From assembly GCA_025060555.1 (NCBI GenBank), contig JANXBC010000001.1, positions 8,904 through 72,903 of the forward strand: 64,000 nucleotides of DNA, in the 5' to 3' direction. The notes under the pieces were generated by a model, which searched no databases, had not been told where the DNA came from, and saw only the letters and a list, made by a program, of their open reading frames with translations. Of the stretch, positions 52,051-61,664 are shown piece by piece. This DNA comes from Candidatus Bipolaricaulota bacterium. Lineage in GTDB: Bacteria; Bipolaricaulota; Bipolaricaulia; Bipolaricaulales; Bipolaricaulaceae. The stretch's first letter is position 1; each line of letters begins with the position of its first letter. A program made the translations under genes and the position numbers.

Positions 52051-53241
52051 TCAATGATAGCGGACAGAAGCTGGTAGGGGGGACCGCTCAGGAAGAAGTT
52101 CAGCAATGAGTTGGGAAAGTTCCGGTAGATTTTCCCCGGTCTTCGCAGAAATCACGAGCCCCGGCTGGGCTTCCAAAAGGAGGCCCTCAACCCTTGCCCA
52201 GTCCTCACTTGTTCGAAGAAGATCAAGCTTGTTGAGAGTGTAAATGATGGGTGGACGTTGCTTTTCTGGCCCAAAGAGGTCCTCAAAGAGCACCCTGCGC
52301 ACAGTACGCAAATGTTCGAACACCGCGGGTGAGGCAGCATCCAGCACCACCACGATCAATGCAGCCTCACGCACCGCTTCCAAGGTTGCGTGGAAAGCGG
52401 GGATTAGCTGGGGAGGGAGGTCGCGGATGAACCCTACGGTGTCGGTGAGGAGGGCGCTGCGGTTATCGGGGAGGAAGAACCGGCGTACTTTTGTGTCCAG
52501 GGTCGCGAAGAGCTGGTCGGCAACGAGGGCGTCACCATGCGTGAGGGCATTGAAAAGCGTGGATTTTCCGGAATTGGTATAGCCAACGAGGGCGATTTCG
52601 GGGGGGCCGAAGCGCCGGCGGCGGGCACGGCGAACTTCCCGGGCGCGTTCCGCTTCCTTAAGCTCCCGTTCCAGGGCCTGGATGCGGCGGCGGATGGCGC
52701 GGCGGCTTTGCTCAAGTCGCGTCTCCCCAGGTCCCATCGTGCCCACAATCCCCCCGGGGTCGGACAAAGCCTGCCCCCAACCTCGCAATCGGGGCAAAAG
52801 GTACCTAAGCTGCGCGAGTTCCACAGCCAGCGCGGCTTCTTTAGTGCCGGCATGAAGTGCGAAGATATCCAGAATGAGCTGAGAACGATCAATAATCTTG
52901 AGGCCTGTGAATTCCTCAAGGTTCCGCGCTTGGGCTGGGGTGAGTTCCACACCGAAGATCAGGGTATCGGCGTTCACTTGCTGAGCCAAGGCCAAGATTT
53001 CCAGAACTTTTCCCCGCCCAATATATGTGGCGGGATCTGGCCGATCCCGCCGCTGCGTAGCTGTGGCTACCGGCAAGACCCCGGCGGTCTCAGCCAATGC
53101 GGAAAGCTCAGCCAGGCGTTCCTTAGCATCTGCGCCAGCTGGGGTCACCTCAATGAGGATCGCCCGTTCCCCCCCATAAATTCGGGCTCGTTGTCCAAGA
53201 TAGTCCTCAATAACTAGTCTTCTTAGCCCTCTTCCTCCCAT
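52051..53241 (-). CDS. hflX: GTPase HflX
   Basis: HflX N-domain, G1 GYTNSGKST, DTVGF, NKLD. Confidence 0.92.
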   Translation of the reverse strand: MGGRGLRRLVIEDYLGQRARIYGGERAILIEVTPAGADAKERLAELSALAETAGVLPVATATQRRDRPDPATYIGRGKVLEILALAQQVNADTLIFGVELTPAQARNLEEFTGLKIIDRSQLILDIFALHAGTKEAALAVELAQLRYLLPRLRGWGQALSDPGGIVGTMGPGETRLEQSRRAIRRRIQALERELKEAERAREVRRARRRRFGPPEIALVGYTNSGKSTLFNALTHGDALVADQLFATLDTKVRRFFLPDNRSALLTDTVGFIRDLPPQLIPAFHATLEAVREAALIVVVLDAASPAVFEHLRTVRRVLFEDLFGPEKQRPPIIYTLNKLDLLRTSEDWARVEGLLLEAQPGLVISAKTGENLPELSQLIAELLPERSPLPASVRYH

Positions 53242-54467
53242 ATCTGGGCTCCCAGCCCCCGAAGCTTTCCCTCCATATTTTCGTATCCTCGGCGCAGATG
53301 TTGTTCGCCGCGCACATAGCTTACCCCCTGCGCGGCGAGGGCGGCCAAAACCAAAGCCGCGCCGGCGCGAATGTCCGTAGCCTCCACCGCAGCCGGCCGA
53401 AGTTCCCCCACGCCTTCCACGATCTGTACGCTACCACTCACCTGAATCTTGGCGCCCATTTGGATGAGAGGTTCTACGTGGCCAAAGCGTGCAGCATACA
53501 CCGTTTCGGTGACCGTGGAACGCCCTTCAGCTATGGCGAGAAAGCTCACCATGGGGGGTTGCAGATCCGTAGGGAACCCCGGATAAGGCCATGTGCGAAA
53601 ATCCACAGCCCTTGGGCGCTGGGCCCCTCTGACTTCGATCCAATCCTCTCCGTAGTCGATTTCGCAACCTGCACAGGAAAGGCGGTCCAACAATGCGAAA
53701 AGATGGCGGGGCTCAGCGTTCACCGCCCGCACCCTTCCGCCGGTGATTGCGCCAGCCAAAAGATAAGTTCCTGCCTCGATGCGATCGGGAAGGAGGGTGT
53801 GTTCAGCCCCCCCAAGCTCCTCTTGACCGCGTATGACCACGTGGTCAGTGTTCCAGGTGACCTCCGCCCCCATTTTCCTAAGAAGTTCCGTGAGGTTTGT
53901 CAGCTCTGGCTCACGGGCGGGATTGATCACCACTGTCTCCCCTTCCGCCAGGGCCCCGGCCAAAAGGAGCTGCTCTGTGGCCCCCACGGACGGGAAGTCA
54001 AGGTAGACGATAGCCCCGCGCAAGCGCTGGGCTTCGGCCAAGACCGCACCATCGATAAAAGTGATCCGCGCACCAAGGCGGGAAAGACCATGAAGATGAA
54101 AATCTACAGGGCGTGGGCCTAAGGCACATCCTCCAGGAAGGGGAACGCGGGCAAGCCCAGTCCGCGCCAGCACGGGGCCGAGGACCAAGAAGGAAGCCCG
54201 CATACGTTGCACAAGCTCTGCGGGCGCCTCGGAGCTCAACTTCTCCCCACCCCAAATTTTCAAAGTATCCTTCTCCCAACAAACCTCTTTACCCAGGGCT
54301 TGTACCAATCTCACCGCGGTTTCCACATCCAAAAGTCGCGGCACGCGGTGAAGGATCACTGGTTCCGTGGTAAGAAGGCTCGCAATGATCGCTGGGAGTG
54401 CCGCGTTCTTTGCCCCTGAGATGGGGACTACGCCGCGGAGGCTTCTGCCGCCCAAAACGCAGATCAC
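53223..54467 (-). CDS. murA: UDP-N-acetylglucosamine 1-carboxyvinyltransferase
   Basis: ISGAKNAALP, the active-site loop with Cys (LPGGCALGPRPVD), 414 aa. Confidence 0.95.
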   Translation of the reverse strand: MICVLGGRSLRGVVPISGAKNAALPAIIASLLTTEPVILHRVPRLLDVETAVRLVQALGKEVCWEKDTLKIWGGEKLSSEAPAELVQRMRASFLVLGPVLARTGLARVPLPGGCALGPRPVDFHLHGLSRLGARITFIDGAVLAEAQRLRGAIVYLDFPSVGATEQLLLAGALAEGETVVINPAREPELTNLTELLRKMGAEVTWNTDHVVIRGQEELGGAEHTLLPDRIEAGTYLLAGAITGGRVRAVNAEPRHLFALLDRLSCAGCEIDYGEDWIEVRGAQRPRAVDFRTWPYPGFPTDLQPPMVSFLAIAEGRSTVTETVYAARFGHVEPLIQMGAKIQVSGSVQIVEGVGELRPAAVEATDIRAGAALVLAALAAQGVSYVRGEQHLRRGYENMEGKLRGLGAQIWEEEG

Positions 54468-55285
54468 GGAAGAAGAGGCCGTGGATCCACAGGGGAATCA
54501 CTGTAGCGGACTTCGAAATGAAGGTGAGGACCCGTAGAAAGCCCGGTGTTCCCGGAGAGGGCAATTGTTTCTCCCGCCAAAACTTTTTGCCCTGTGCTTG
54601 TCAGAAGCTTCGAAAGATGGCCATAGTAGCTCTTGTAACCATCGCCATGGTCAATAACCACGAGCAATCCGAAGCCCTCCTCCCAGCCAGCGAAAGACAC
54701 CGTTCCGGCTGCAGCCGCGCGCACTGGAGTCCCCTCGGGAACAGCGATGTCGATCCCCGTATGGAAGGAAGGAACTCCGTAGATCGGGTGAATGCGTGGC
54801 CCAAACGTCGAGGAAATGGTCCCCCTTACCGGCCATATAAACCGATATCCAGTGCTGGAAGAACTTCCGGGCAGCGTGTTCGGATTTGGTATGTACAGAC
54901 GTGTGCCAGGCTTGGGTTCATCTGCAACGCCATTGGCCGTGCGGATGACGTCCTCGGCTACTCCATAGGCTTTAGCAATAGAGCTCAGGGTTTCGCCGGA
55001 TTTCACGGTGTGTAGAACCCCATCCTTTGGGATGAGGAGCCTTTGTCCGGGATAGATAGTGGTGGAGGTGAGATTATTAGAAATCGCAAGCCAGGAGAGA
55101 GGCACGCCATAGCGGGTGGCGATGGCGCTCAGCGTATCGCCCGCGCGAACCTCGTACACTGTGGCCTGGGTTTGCAGGGAGTCCAGGGCCTGGGAGGGGC
55201 CACCAAGCTCGGGTTGGAAGACAGCAGTGAAAATGGCAAGGGGCAGACAAAGCGCCAAGACTGCGATGATCCACATGTTATTCAC
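54464..55285 (-). CDS. LysM-domain M23 metallopeptidase
   Basis: Two LysM repeats (YEVRAGDTLSAIA, HTVKSGETLSSIA). HTGIDIA and GPHLHFEV M23 Zn motifs. Confidence 0.9.
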   Translation of the reverse strand: MNNMWIIAVLALCLPLAIFTAVFQPELGGPSQALDSLQTQATVYEVRAGDTLSAIATRYGVPLSWLAISNNLTSTTIYPGQRLLIPKDGVLHTVKSGETLSSIAKAYGVAEDVIRTANGVADEPKPGTRLYIPNPNTLPGSSSSTGYRFIWPVRGTISSTFGPRIHPIYGVPSFHTGIDIAVPEGTPVRAAAAGTVSFAGWEEGFGLLVVIDHGDGYKSYYGHLSKLLTSTGQKVLAGETIALSGNTGLSTGPHLHFEVRYSDSPVDPRPLLP

Positions 55286-56525
55286 TGTTCATCAGCTCCA
55301 GGAATTGTTTGTTAGTTTTCGTCCGTTCCATCCTCTGTTTTATGAATTCCAGGGCTACCCCTGGGTCCGGCATCTCGGAGATGAGCTTACGGAGAATCCA
55401 CACGCGGCGAAGGACATCTGGCTCAAGGAGGAGTTCCTCTTTTCTCGTGCCGGACTGGATGAGATCGATGGCTGGAAAGATGCGGCGGTTGGCAAGGTCC
55501 CGGTTGAGGACCAGCTCCATATTCCCCGTGCCTTTGAACTCCTCGAACACAACTTGATCCAGGCGGGAACCGGTGTCGATGAGGGCGGTGGCGATGATGG
55601 TGAGGGAGCCGCCATCCTCGATATTGCGGGCCGCGCCGAAGAACTCCTTGGGCTTATAGAGAGCAGTGGGGTCGATGCCGCCGGAAAGGAGCTTCCCCGA
55701 GGGGGTGATGGAGAGGTTATACGCCCGGGCCAGGCGGGTGAGGGAGTCCATGAGGATCACCACGTCGTAGCCCACCTCCACCAGGCGCTTGGCTTCGGCG
55801 GTGACAAGCTCCGCGAGCTTCGTGTGGTGCTGGGGCTCCATGTCGAAGGTGGCGGCGATGACCTCCGCCCGCTTCACCGAGCGCTTGAAATCCGTGACCT
55901 CCTCGGGACGTTCGTCCACAAGGAGGATGAGGAGCTTGATGTTGGGGTAGTTGGCTTCCAGGCCCTGGGCGATGTGCTTGAGGAGGGTGGTCTTCCCGGC
56001 CTTGGGTGGAGAGACGATGAGACCGCGCTGGCCCTTCCCGATGGGAGCAAAGAGGTCGATCATGCGGGTAGAGAGCTCTTCGGGATCATGCTCAAGAACA
56101 TACTGCTCATTGGGATGGAGGGGGGTGAGCTGGGCAAAATCCTTGCGTTTTCTCACTACCTCGGGATCTAGCCCATTGACTTCTTCCACACGTAAAAGAG
56201 CAAAATAGCGTTCACCCTCGCGGGGTGGACGCACAGCCCCTTTTACGATGTCTCCATCCTTGAGGGCAAACTTTCTGATTTGGGAAGGGGAGACGTAAAC
56301 ATCGTACCGGCTGGGCAAACAGGATTTATCCCGAAGGAAGCCGTAGCCATCGGGCATTATCTCCAAAACCCCGGTTACGCTGAGCTCTTGGCGATCGGCC
56401 AACGCCCGCATCACCGCCATCTCGAGCTCCGCTGGGGAAAGTTCACTTGTCCCATCGATGCCGAGCTTCTCCGCGATTTCCAAAACCTTTTCGTGCCCGA
56501 GGGCTCGGACTTCACTGATCTCCAT
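55278..56525 (-). CDS. rho: Transcription termination factor Rho
   Basis: Rho N-terminal and CSD-like domains, Walker A PPKAGKTT, ILLVDERPEEV. Confidence 0.95.
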   Translation of the reverse strand: MEISEVRALGHEKVLEIAEKLGIDGTSELSPAELEMAVMRALADRQELSVTGVLEIMPDGYGFLRDKSCLPSRYDVYVSPSQIRKFALKDGDIVKGAVRPPREGERYFALLRVEEVNGLDPEVVRKRKDFAQLTPLHPNEQYVLEHDPEELSTRMIDLFAPIGKGQRGLIVSPPKAGKTTLLKHIAQGLEANYPNIKLLILLVDERPEEVTDFKRSVKRAEVIAATFDMEPQHHTKLAELVTAEAKRLVEVGYDVVILMDSLTRLARAYNLSITPSGKLLSGGIDPTALYKPKEFFGAARNIEDGGSLTIIATALIDTGSRLDQVVFEEFKGTGNMELVLNRDLANRRIFPAIDLIQSGTRKEELLLEPDVLRRVWILRKLISEMPDPGVALEFIKQRMERTKTNKQFLELMNSE

Positions 56526-56547
56526 CGCACCTCACCTCCCCGCTCGC

Positions 56548-57183
56548 TCAGATCCGCTGAAAGAGGGAGCGCACCACATCTCCGTACATTCTCAAGCGGT
56601 CGCAAAGGCCCAGCCAAAAGCCGCGCTTTTCTTCTTTGCGCACGTGACTTACACCCTCCCATACCACCGTTTTTTGCCGCCAACCTTCGCGAAAGGCCAA
56701 CTTAGTCAGTGCTGTTTCGATCCCAAAATCGCTCGTATTCGCCAAGGCCTGTGCCTTCTCCCAAAGTTGGCGTCCCATGATCCTCTGGCCGGAAAGGAAG
56801 GGAACAACACGTTGAGATAAGTCGGTAGCCATGCGTCCCTTGCGGAACACAGCAATCACCACCTCAGCATCACCTGCCCGGTATGCCTGAACCAGATCCT
56901 CGATGTGTTGGGCGGTGAGCCCGGTGAGGTCAGCGTCCAAAAAAAGAAGAGTATCACCGCTTGCCTCCTGGGCCCCAGCGGCCATAGCTGCTCCTTTGCC
57001 TTGGTTCTCCCCAAGCCGCACGACTTTGACGCCGTAGCGGTGGGCGACGTCCCCGGTTTTGTCCGTGGAGCCGTCATCGACCACGATGACCTCAGCCACA
57101 GACGGCGCAGCCAGGAGTGCTTCCAAGACAGCGCCAATACGCGCAGCCTCGTTGTATGCTGGGACGATAGCGGAGATCTTCAT
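56548..57183 (-). CDS. Glycosyltransferase family 2 (soluble, GpgS/Dpm-like)
   Basis: MKISAIVPAYNEAARI, VVDDGSTD and LDADL motifs. The start is set at 57183 to avoid overlapping the proS 3' end. Confidence 0.8.
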   Translation of the reverse strand: MKISAIVPAYNEAARIGAVLEALLAAPSVAEVIVVDDGSTDKTGDVAHRYGVKVVRLGENQGKGAAMAAGAQEASGDTLLFLDADLTGLTAQHIEDLVQAYRAGDAEVVIAVFRKGRMATDLSQRVVPFLSGQRIMGRQLWEKAQALANTSDFGIETALTKLAFREGWRQKTVVWEGVSHVRKEEKRGFWLGLCDRLRMYGDVVRSLFQRI

Positions 57184-57236
57184 GTGGCAAGATTCAAGGC
57201 CTACAAAAGGCACTATAGCATCGCGAGCGGCGGTGG

Positions 57237-58961
57237 TCAAGCCCCCTGCAAGAGCTCCATAACTTTGGATACCACAAGTTCAGGCTTGGCTTCAACAACG
57301 CGTTTTTCTCCATCCCGCCTGCGCTCTAGCTCCACCTGGTTCTGCCCCACCGCCCGCGGACCGACAACCACAAGCAACGGTATCCCCAGGAGCTTGGCGT
57401 CGTGAAACTTTTCGCCCGCGCTCTGATCCCGCTCATCCAGAAGCACTTCCAAACCAGCCTCGGCCAAAGCTTGGGCCAACCTCTCCCCCAGCGAGAGAAG
57501 GAGGACCTGCTTCGGATCCAAAACACTCACGATCACCTGAAACGGCGCCAAGTTTGCCGGCCAGATAATCCCGGCCTCATCGTGGTGGGCCTCGATCACG
57601 GCGGCAAGTAGCCTTCCCACCCCAATTCCGTAGCAACCCATGATCAGGGGGCGGGACTTCCCCATGCGGTCGAGGAAGGTCGCACCCATGGCTTCCGAGT
57701 ATTTCGTGCCGAGTTTGAAGATGTGCCCGAGCTCAATGGCCCGTTGGATTCGGAGCGGGGCGCCGCAGCGCGGGCAAGGATCGCCCTCCTTCGCCATCGC
57801 CACGTCGGCCACGATGTCCGCCGTGAAATCCCGGGGGAAATTCACATTGCGCAGGTGGAATCCCTCCTCATTTGCTCCCGCCACAAGGTTCCGGGCTTTG
57901 AGGATGGAATCGTCCACCACCACTTTAACCCCGTCTCTGCTGATCCCAATGGGCGAGGCATAGCCAGGGACAGCACCGATCTCTTTGATCTCCTCCTCCA
58001 GGGCTGGACGAAAGTCTGTGCGGCCCAAAGCGCGCGCTAACTTCGCCTCATTCACCTCTAAATCCCCGCGGATGACCACGAACACCAACTCTTCCCCCGC
58101 CTTGTAAAAGACGGCTTTCGCCGTCTTTCGCGTGGGGACACCCAGGAATTTCGCCACAGCCTCGATGGTGTAGCAGTTGGGTGTCGCCACCTCCTGTAAG
58201 GGGAGAAGGGGCTCAGGTGGATCTGCGTCCTTCACACTTATTGCCCCTTCCAAGTTCGCCGCGTAGTCCCCGCTTTCGCACTGGATAAAGGAATCCTCCC
58301 CATAGGGGCTGGGGAGCATGAACTCGTGGGACTCCGATCCGCCCATCAACCCTGGATCGGCCTCCACTACAACCACATCTAGGGCACAGCGGTGGAAGAT
58401 GTTGAGATACGCCTGGTAGATCTCGCGGTAGAACCGATCCAAGTCAGCTTTGGATTCGTGGAAGCTGTAGCCATCCTTCATGGTGAACTCGCGGGCCCGG
58501 ATCAAACCGCCCCGGGGGCGGGGTTCATCCCGGAATTTCGTCTGGATTTGATAAAAAACGAGGGGAAGTTGGCGCCAAGACCGGATTTCCCTTCGCGCCA
58601 AATCCGTGATCACTTCCTCATGCGTTGGGCCGAGAACCATCTCCCGCCCCGCGCGGTCCCGCAGGCGTCCGAGGATGGGCCCGAAGTCCTGTAGGCGACC
58701 GGTCTCCGCCCAAAGCTCAGCAGGATGAAGGACGGGCATGGTGATCTCCAGCCCACCAATGGCGTTCATCTCCTCGCGGATGATGTTCTCGATTTTGTGG
58801 AGAACGCGCCTTGCGAGCGGAAGGTATATGTAAATCCCAGCCGCAAGCTTACGGATCATCCCCGCCCGTAGCATGAGCTTGTGGCTCGGAAGCTCGGCCT
58901 CGGCGGGATCCTCTTTCCAAGTGGGTAAAAAGTATTGACTCGCCCTAACCAGAGCCATCAT
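57237..58961 (-). CDS. proS: Prolyl-tRNA synthetase (bacterial type with INS editing domain)
   Basis: RASQYFLPTWKEDPAEAE...HKLMLRAGMIRK N-terminus, class II motifs, 574-586 aa depending on the start. Confidence 0.95.
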   Translation of the reverse strand: MMALVRASQYFLPTWKEDPAEAELPSHKLMLRAGMIRKLAAGIYIYLPLARRVLHKIENIIREEMNAIGGLEITMPVLHPAELWAETGRLQDFGPILGRLRDRAGREMVLGPTHEEVITDLARREIRSWRQLPLVFYQIQTKFRDEPRPRGGLIRAREFTMKDGYSFHESKADLDRFYREIYQAYLNIFHRCALDVVVVEADPGLMGGSESHEFMLPSPYGEDSFIQCESGDYAANLEGAISVKDADPPEPLLPLQEVATPNCYTIEAVAKFLGVPTRKTAKAVFYKAGEELVFVVIRGDLEVNEAKLARALGRTDFRPALEEEIKEIGAVPGYASPIGISRDGVKVVVDDSILKARNLVAGANEEGFHLRNVNFPRDFTADIVADVAMAKEGDPCPRCGAPLRIQRAIELGHIFKLGTKYSEAMGATFLDRMGKSRPLIMGCYGIGVGRLLAAVIEAHHDEAGIIWPANLAPFQVIVSVLDPKQVLLLSLGERLAQALAEAGLEVLLDERDQSAGEKFHDAKLLGIPLLVVVGPRAVGQNQVELERRRDGEKRVVEAKPELVVSKVMELLQGA

Positions 58962-58971
58962 CACCTGGAGA

Positions 58972-61233
58972 TTACCGGAAGACCGCGTGCAAAACAACGT
59001 CTAGCTCCGCTAGGCTATGGATGGTGTCTGGTGCAATGGGCAACGCGGAGAGGAAGGCATTCCGGTATGGGCGGGAGGTGAGCCGGGGATCGGCGATAAG
59101 GATCACCCCGCGGTCCGTGGGGGTTCGCACAAGCCGCCCCAATCCTTGCCGCAATTTCAAAACCGCAAGGGGCAGGGAAAGCTCGCGGAAATCACTTCTC
59201 CCTTGGGCCCGCAATTTCTCGGCCTCGGCCTCAAGGAGCGGCTCAGCAGGATGGGGGAAGGGCAGTCGCGCGATAACCAGGATCTCCAATTCTCTTCCGG
59301 GCAGGTCCACACCCTCCCAAAAGCTCTCCAAGCCCAAAAGGAACGCAGGGGGTGGCATAGATTTGAATCGGCGGAGGAGTTGGTCGCGTTCCCCATCCCA
59401 GCCCTGCGCAAGGTGCGGAACTTTAAGGTGCATGCGCACCGCCGCAAGCGCGCGCTTCGCCGTAAAGAGGACCATGCCTTTCACTGCCACCTTTTGGGCC
59501 ACATGGTGAAGGAGTTCCGCTAACGCTTGGGGATATCTCGGGTCGTCTGGCTCCGGGACATTGTCGAGGATTGCGATCCTCACGCATTCATAGCTAAAGG
59601 GAGAAAGCCAGGAAGCAAAAGGCGTTTCCCCAGGAAGACCCAGACGCGAAAGGAGAAATTGCGGGTTTCCCTGCACGGCTAAGGTCGCAGAGGTCAGAAT
59701 GCCCGCGCGCACGCGAGGCCAAAAATCCTGGGCAAGCTCTAAGGAGATATCCAAGGGGGTCACTCCCAAACTCACCCCCTCTTCGCGGTTCGACCACTGC
59801 ACCCATTCCCCTGGCCCAGGAGAGAGGATGCGAAACAAATCCCCTCTATACCCAGCAAGGCTATTTATGAGCTCGTCCCCCTCCCCTTCCTTTGCCTCTG
59901 CTTTTAACTTCCGCACAAGCGCATCGATGGCATGGAAAAGGGGCTCAGCCGCGATTAAAAGGGCATTCGCTATTTCTGGCTTAAGCCGGCTTCGGCCGGA
60001 CGGAATAAGACCGCGCACGGTTTCCCAAAAATCCCGATGAGAAGCGCGAATTTCCTCCTCTAACGCGTTTATTTCGTGGATTCTTTGGGGATCTATATCG
60101 ACTCGCCTCACCTCGGATAAAATAAGAGGAAGCACATCGGGTGTTAATTCCGTTCCCAGGCTTTCCCGTAGCACGCTGGCTAAGGCGTGGGCTTCGTCTA
60201 CCACAAGATAGTCATAGGGGCCAAGGAGGGCATTTTCGGTGGCCCAGTCTGCCCCAAGAAGGGCGTGGTTGACCACCACGAGTTGGGCTGAGTGCGCGGC
60301 CTCCCGGGCCCGGCGTGACGGACAATGTGGCCAAAGCCGACAGCGTTGACCTTGACACCGCCATGGCCGATCTCGTAACCCCTCGATGAGCCATGGCTCA
60401 CTCAAAAAACCAAGCTCATCGAGATCGCCGCTGCGCGCAGCCAGGACATGCAGCGGAGCAACGATATCTTCCGGAATCAGTTGGTGCTCGAGCTCTTGAA
60501 CGCGCCGAAGACAGAGATAATTTTCCCGGCCCTTGAGAAGTGCCCGCTCCACCCGCAGACCAAGATGCTCTTCAAGCCAAGGCAGATCCTTTTTCCAAAG
60601 TTGATCTTGAAGGGTGCGCGTGCGGGTGGCAACCACGGCTCTTGTGCTGGTATTTCGCAAGGCGAGGAGGAGCGGGATCAAGTACCCGAAGGTTTTTCCT
60701 GTACCAGGGCCAGCTTCAAGGAGCACAACCTCGTTGGAATTCAAGGCCTGCGCCACACGCTGCGCATATTCCCACTGCGCTGAGCGCGGGGACAAACCCA
60801 CCTTCGTCAAGCGGTGGAAGGCCTCGGCAAGGGTTCGCGGGGGACGGGGAAGGGGGCGCGGACGGAAAGCAGGCAGAGCCCACGTGCTTGGGAAAACACG
60901 AGCTAGGGCTTGGCGGGCCTGCGCGGGCCAACGCTGGACTTCGGCTAGGGCCAAAAGGACGAGTTTTCCCAGCGCTTCCGCGCGCGTCCATGGGTCAGGG
61001 TCAGCCAAAGGAAGGCCGGTGTTCGCACATAACCCTTGGAGATCGGGGATTTCCGGCCACACTGCGCGGGCAAGAAGACGGAGATCCAACACCTCTTTGT
61101 CCTTTGCCCCCCAAGTCGCGCGAGGTAGTTCAGGCCAAGCATCAGTTGGGGTGAGTCGCTTTTGTGGTCCTAAAGCGGAAAAGATTATCCTCGCCAAAAC
61201 GTCGGTGGTCTCAACAAAAACGATGAATTCCAC
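58972..61233 (-). CDS. dinG: DinG/XPD-family ATP-dependent DNA helicase with a degenerate exonuclease-like N-terminal region
   Basis: Walker A EAGPGTGKT, DEAH box VVDEAHAL, four-Cys cluster WRCQGQRCRLWPHCPS (Fe-S-like), C-terminal helicase motifs. Confidence 0.85.
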   Translation of the reverse strand: MEFIVFVETTDVLARIIFSALGPQKRLTPTDAWPELPRATWGAKDKEVLDLRLLARAVWPEIPDLQGLCANTGLPLADPDPWTRAEALGKLVLLALAEVQRWPAQARQALARVFPSTWALPAFRPRPLPRPPRTLAEAFHRLTKVGLSPRSAQWEYAQRVAQALNSNEVVLLEAGPGTGKTFGYLIPLLLALRNTSTRAVVATRTRTLQDQLWKKDLPWLEEHLGLRVERALLKGRENYLCLRRVQELEHQLIPEDIVAPLHVLAARSGDLDELGFLSEPWLIEGLRDRPWRCQGQRCRLWPHCPSRRAREAAHSAQLVVVNHALLGADWATENALLGPYDYLVVDEAHALASVLRESLGTELTPDVLPLILSEVRRVDIDPQRIHEINALEEEIRASHRDFWETVRGLIPSGRSRLKPEIANALLIAAEPLFHAIDALVRKLKAEAKEGEGDELINSLAGYRGDLFRILSPGPGEWVQWSNREEGVSLGVTPLDISLELAQDFWPRVRAGILTSATLAVQGNPQFLLSRLGLPGETPFASWLSPFSYECVRIAILDNVPEPDDPRYPQALAELLHHVAQKVAVKGMVLFTAKRALAAVRMHLKVPHLAQGWDGERDQLLRRFKSMPPPAFLLGLESFWEGVDLPGRELEILVIARLPFPHPAEPLLEAEAEKLRAQGRSDFRELSLPLAVLKLRQGLGRLVRTPTDRGVILIADPRLTSRPYRNAFLSALPIAPDTIHSLAELDVVLHAVFR

Positions 61234-61664
61234 TATAGTCGGGAAAGAAGATCGATACGGCGGACCACCCCTACGAGCCGTCCTTGCTCATCCACAACCG
61301 GAAGCTGCTTCAAACCCTTCCGCAGCATAAGGTCAGCGACATAAAGATCGGTGTCCTCCAGCCGGACAGATATGACCTCTTTTACCATGTAGCGCTCAAT
61401 TGGGTGGTCCCCGATTTCCCTGAGTTTCTTGGTTAGCCTGTCCAAGCTGGGAAGGAAGGAAGGGGAGCGGAGCATGTCCACATATTCTGGGAGAAGGGCG
61501 CGGATGATATCACGCTCGGAGATCACCCCGACCACCTTCCCTTCATCGTCAACCACAGGAAGGGAAGAGAGGCCAGAGTTCTCTAGGAGTTTAATGGCCT
61601 GACTCACACGGGTGTCGCGTTCCACTGCGGTCAAATCCCGGCGCACGAAGTCCCGCACTTTCAT
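61233..61664 (-). CDS. CBS-pair domain protein
   Basis: Two CBS repeats (LPVVDDEGKVVGVISERDI, LPVVDEQGRLVGVVRRIDL). Confidence 0.85.
   Translation of the reverse strand: MKVRDFVRRDLTAVERDTRVSQAIKLLENSGLSSLPVVDDEGKVVGVISERDIIRALLPEYVDMLRSPSFLPSLDRLTKKLREIGDHPIERYMVKEVISVRLEDTDLYVADLMLRKGLKQLPVVDEQGRLVGVVRRIDLLSRL

Noticed and set aside
55116-56171. 351-aa plus-strand ORF opposite rho and the M23 peptidase gene.
   Set aside because: It is a shadow ORF. The minus strand encodes full-length Rho with all of its motifs.
60540-61330. Plus-strand ORFs of 204-238 aa opposite the dinG-like gene.
   Set aside because: They are Arg/Ala/Gly/Pro-rich low-complexity antisense translations.
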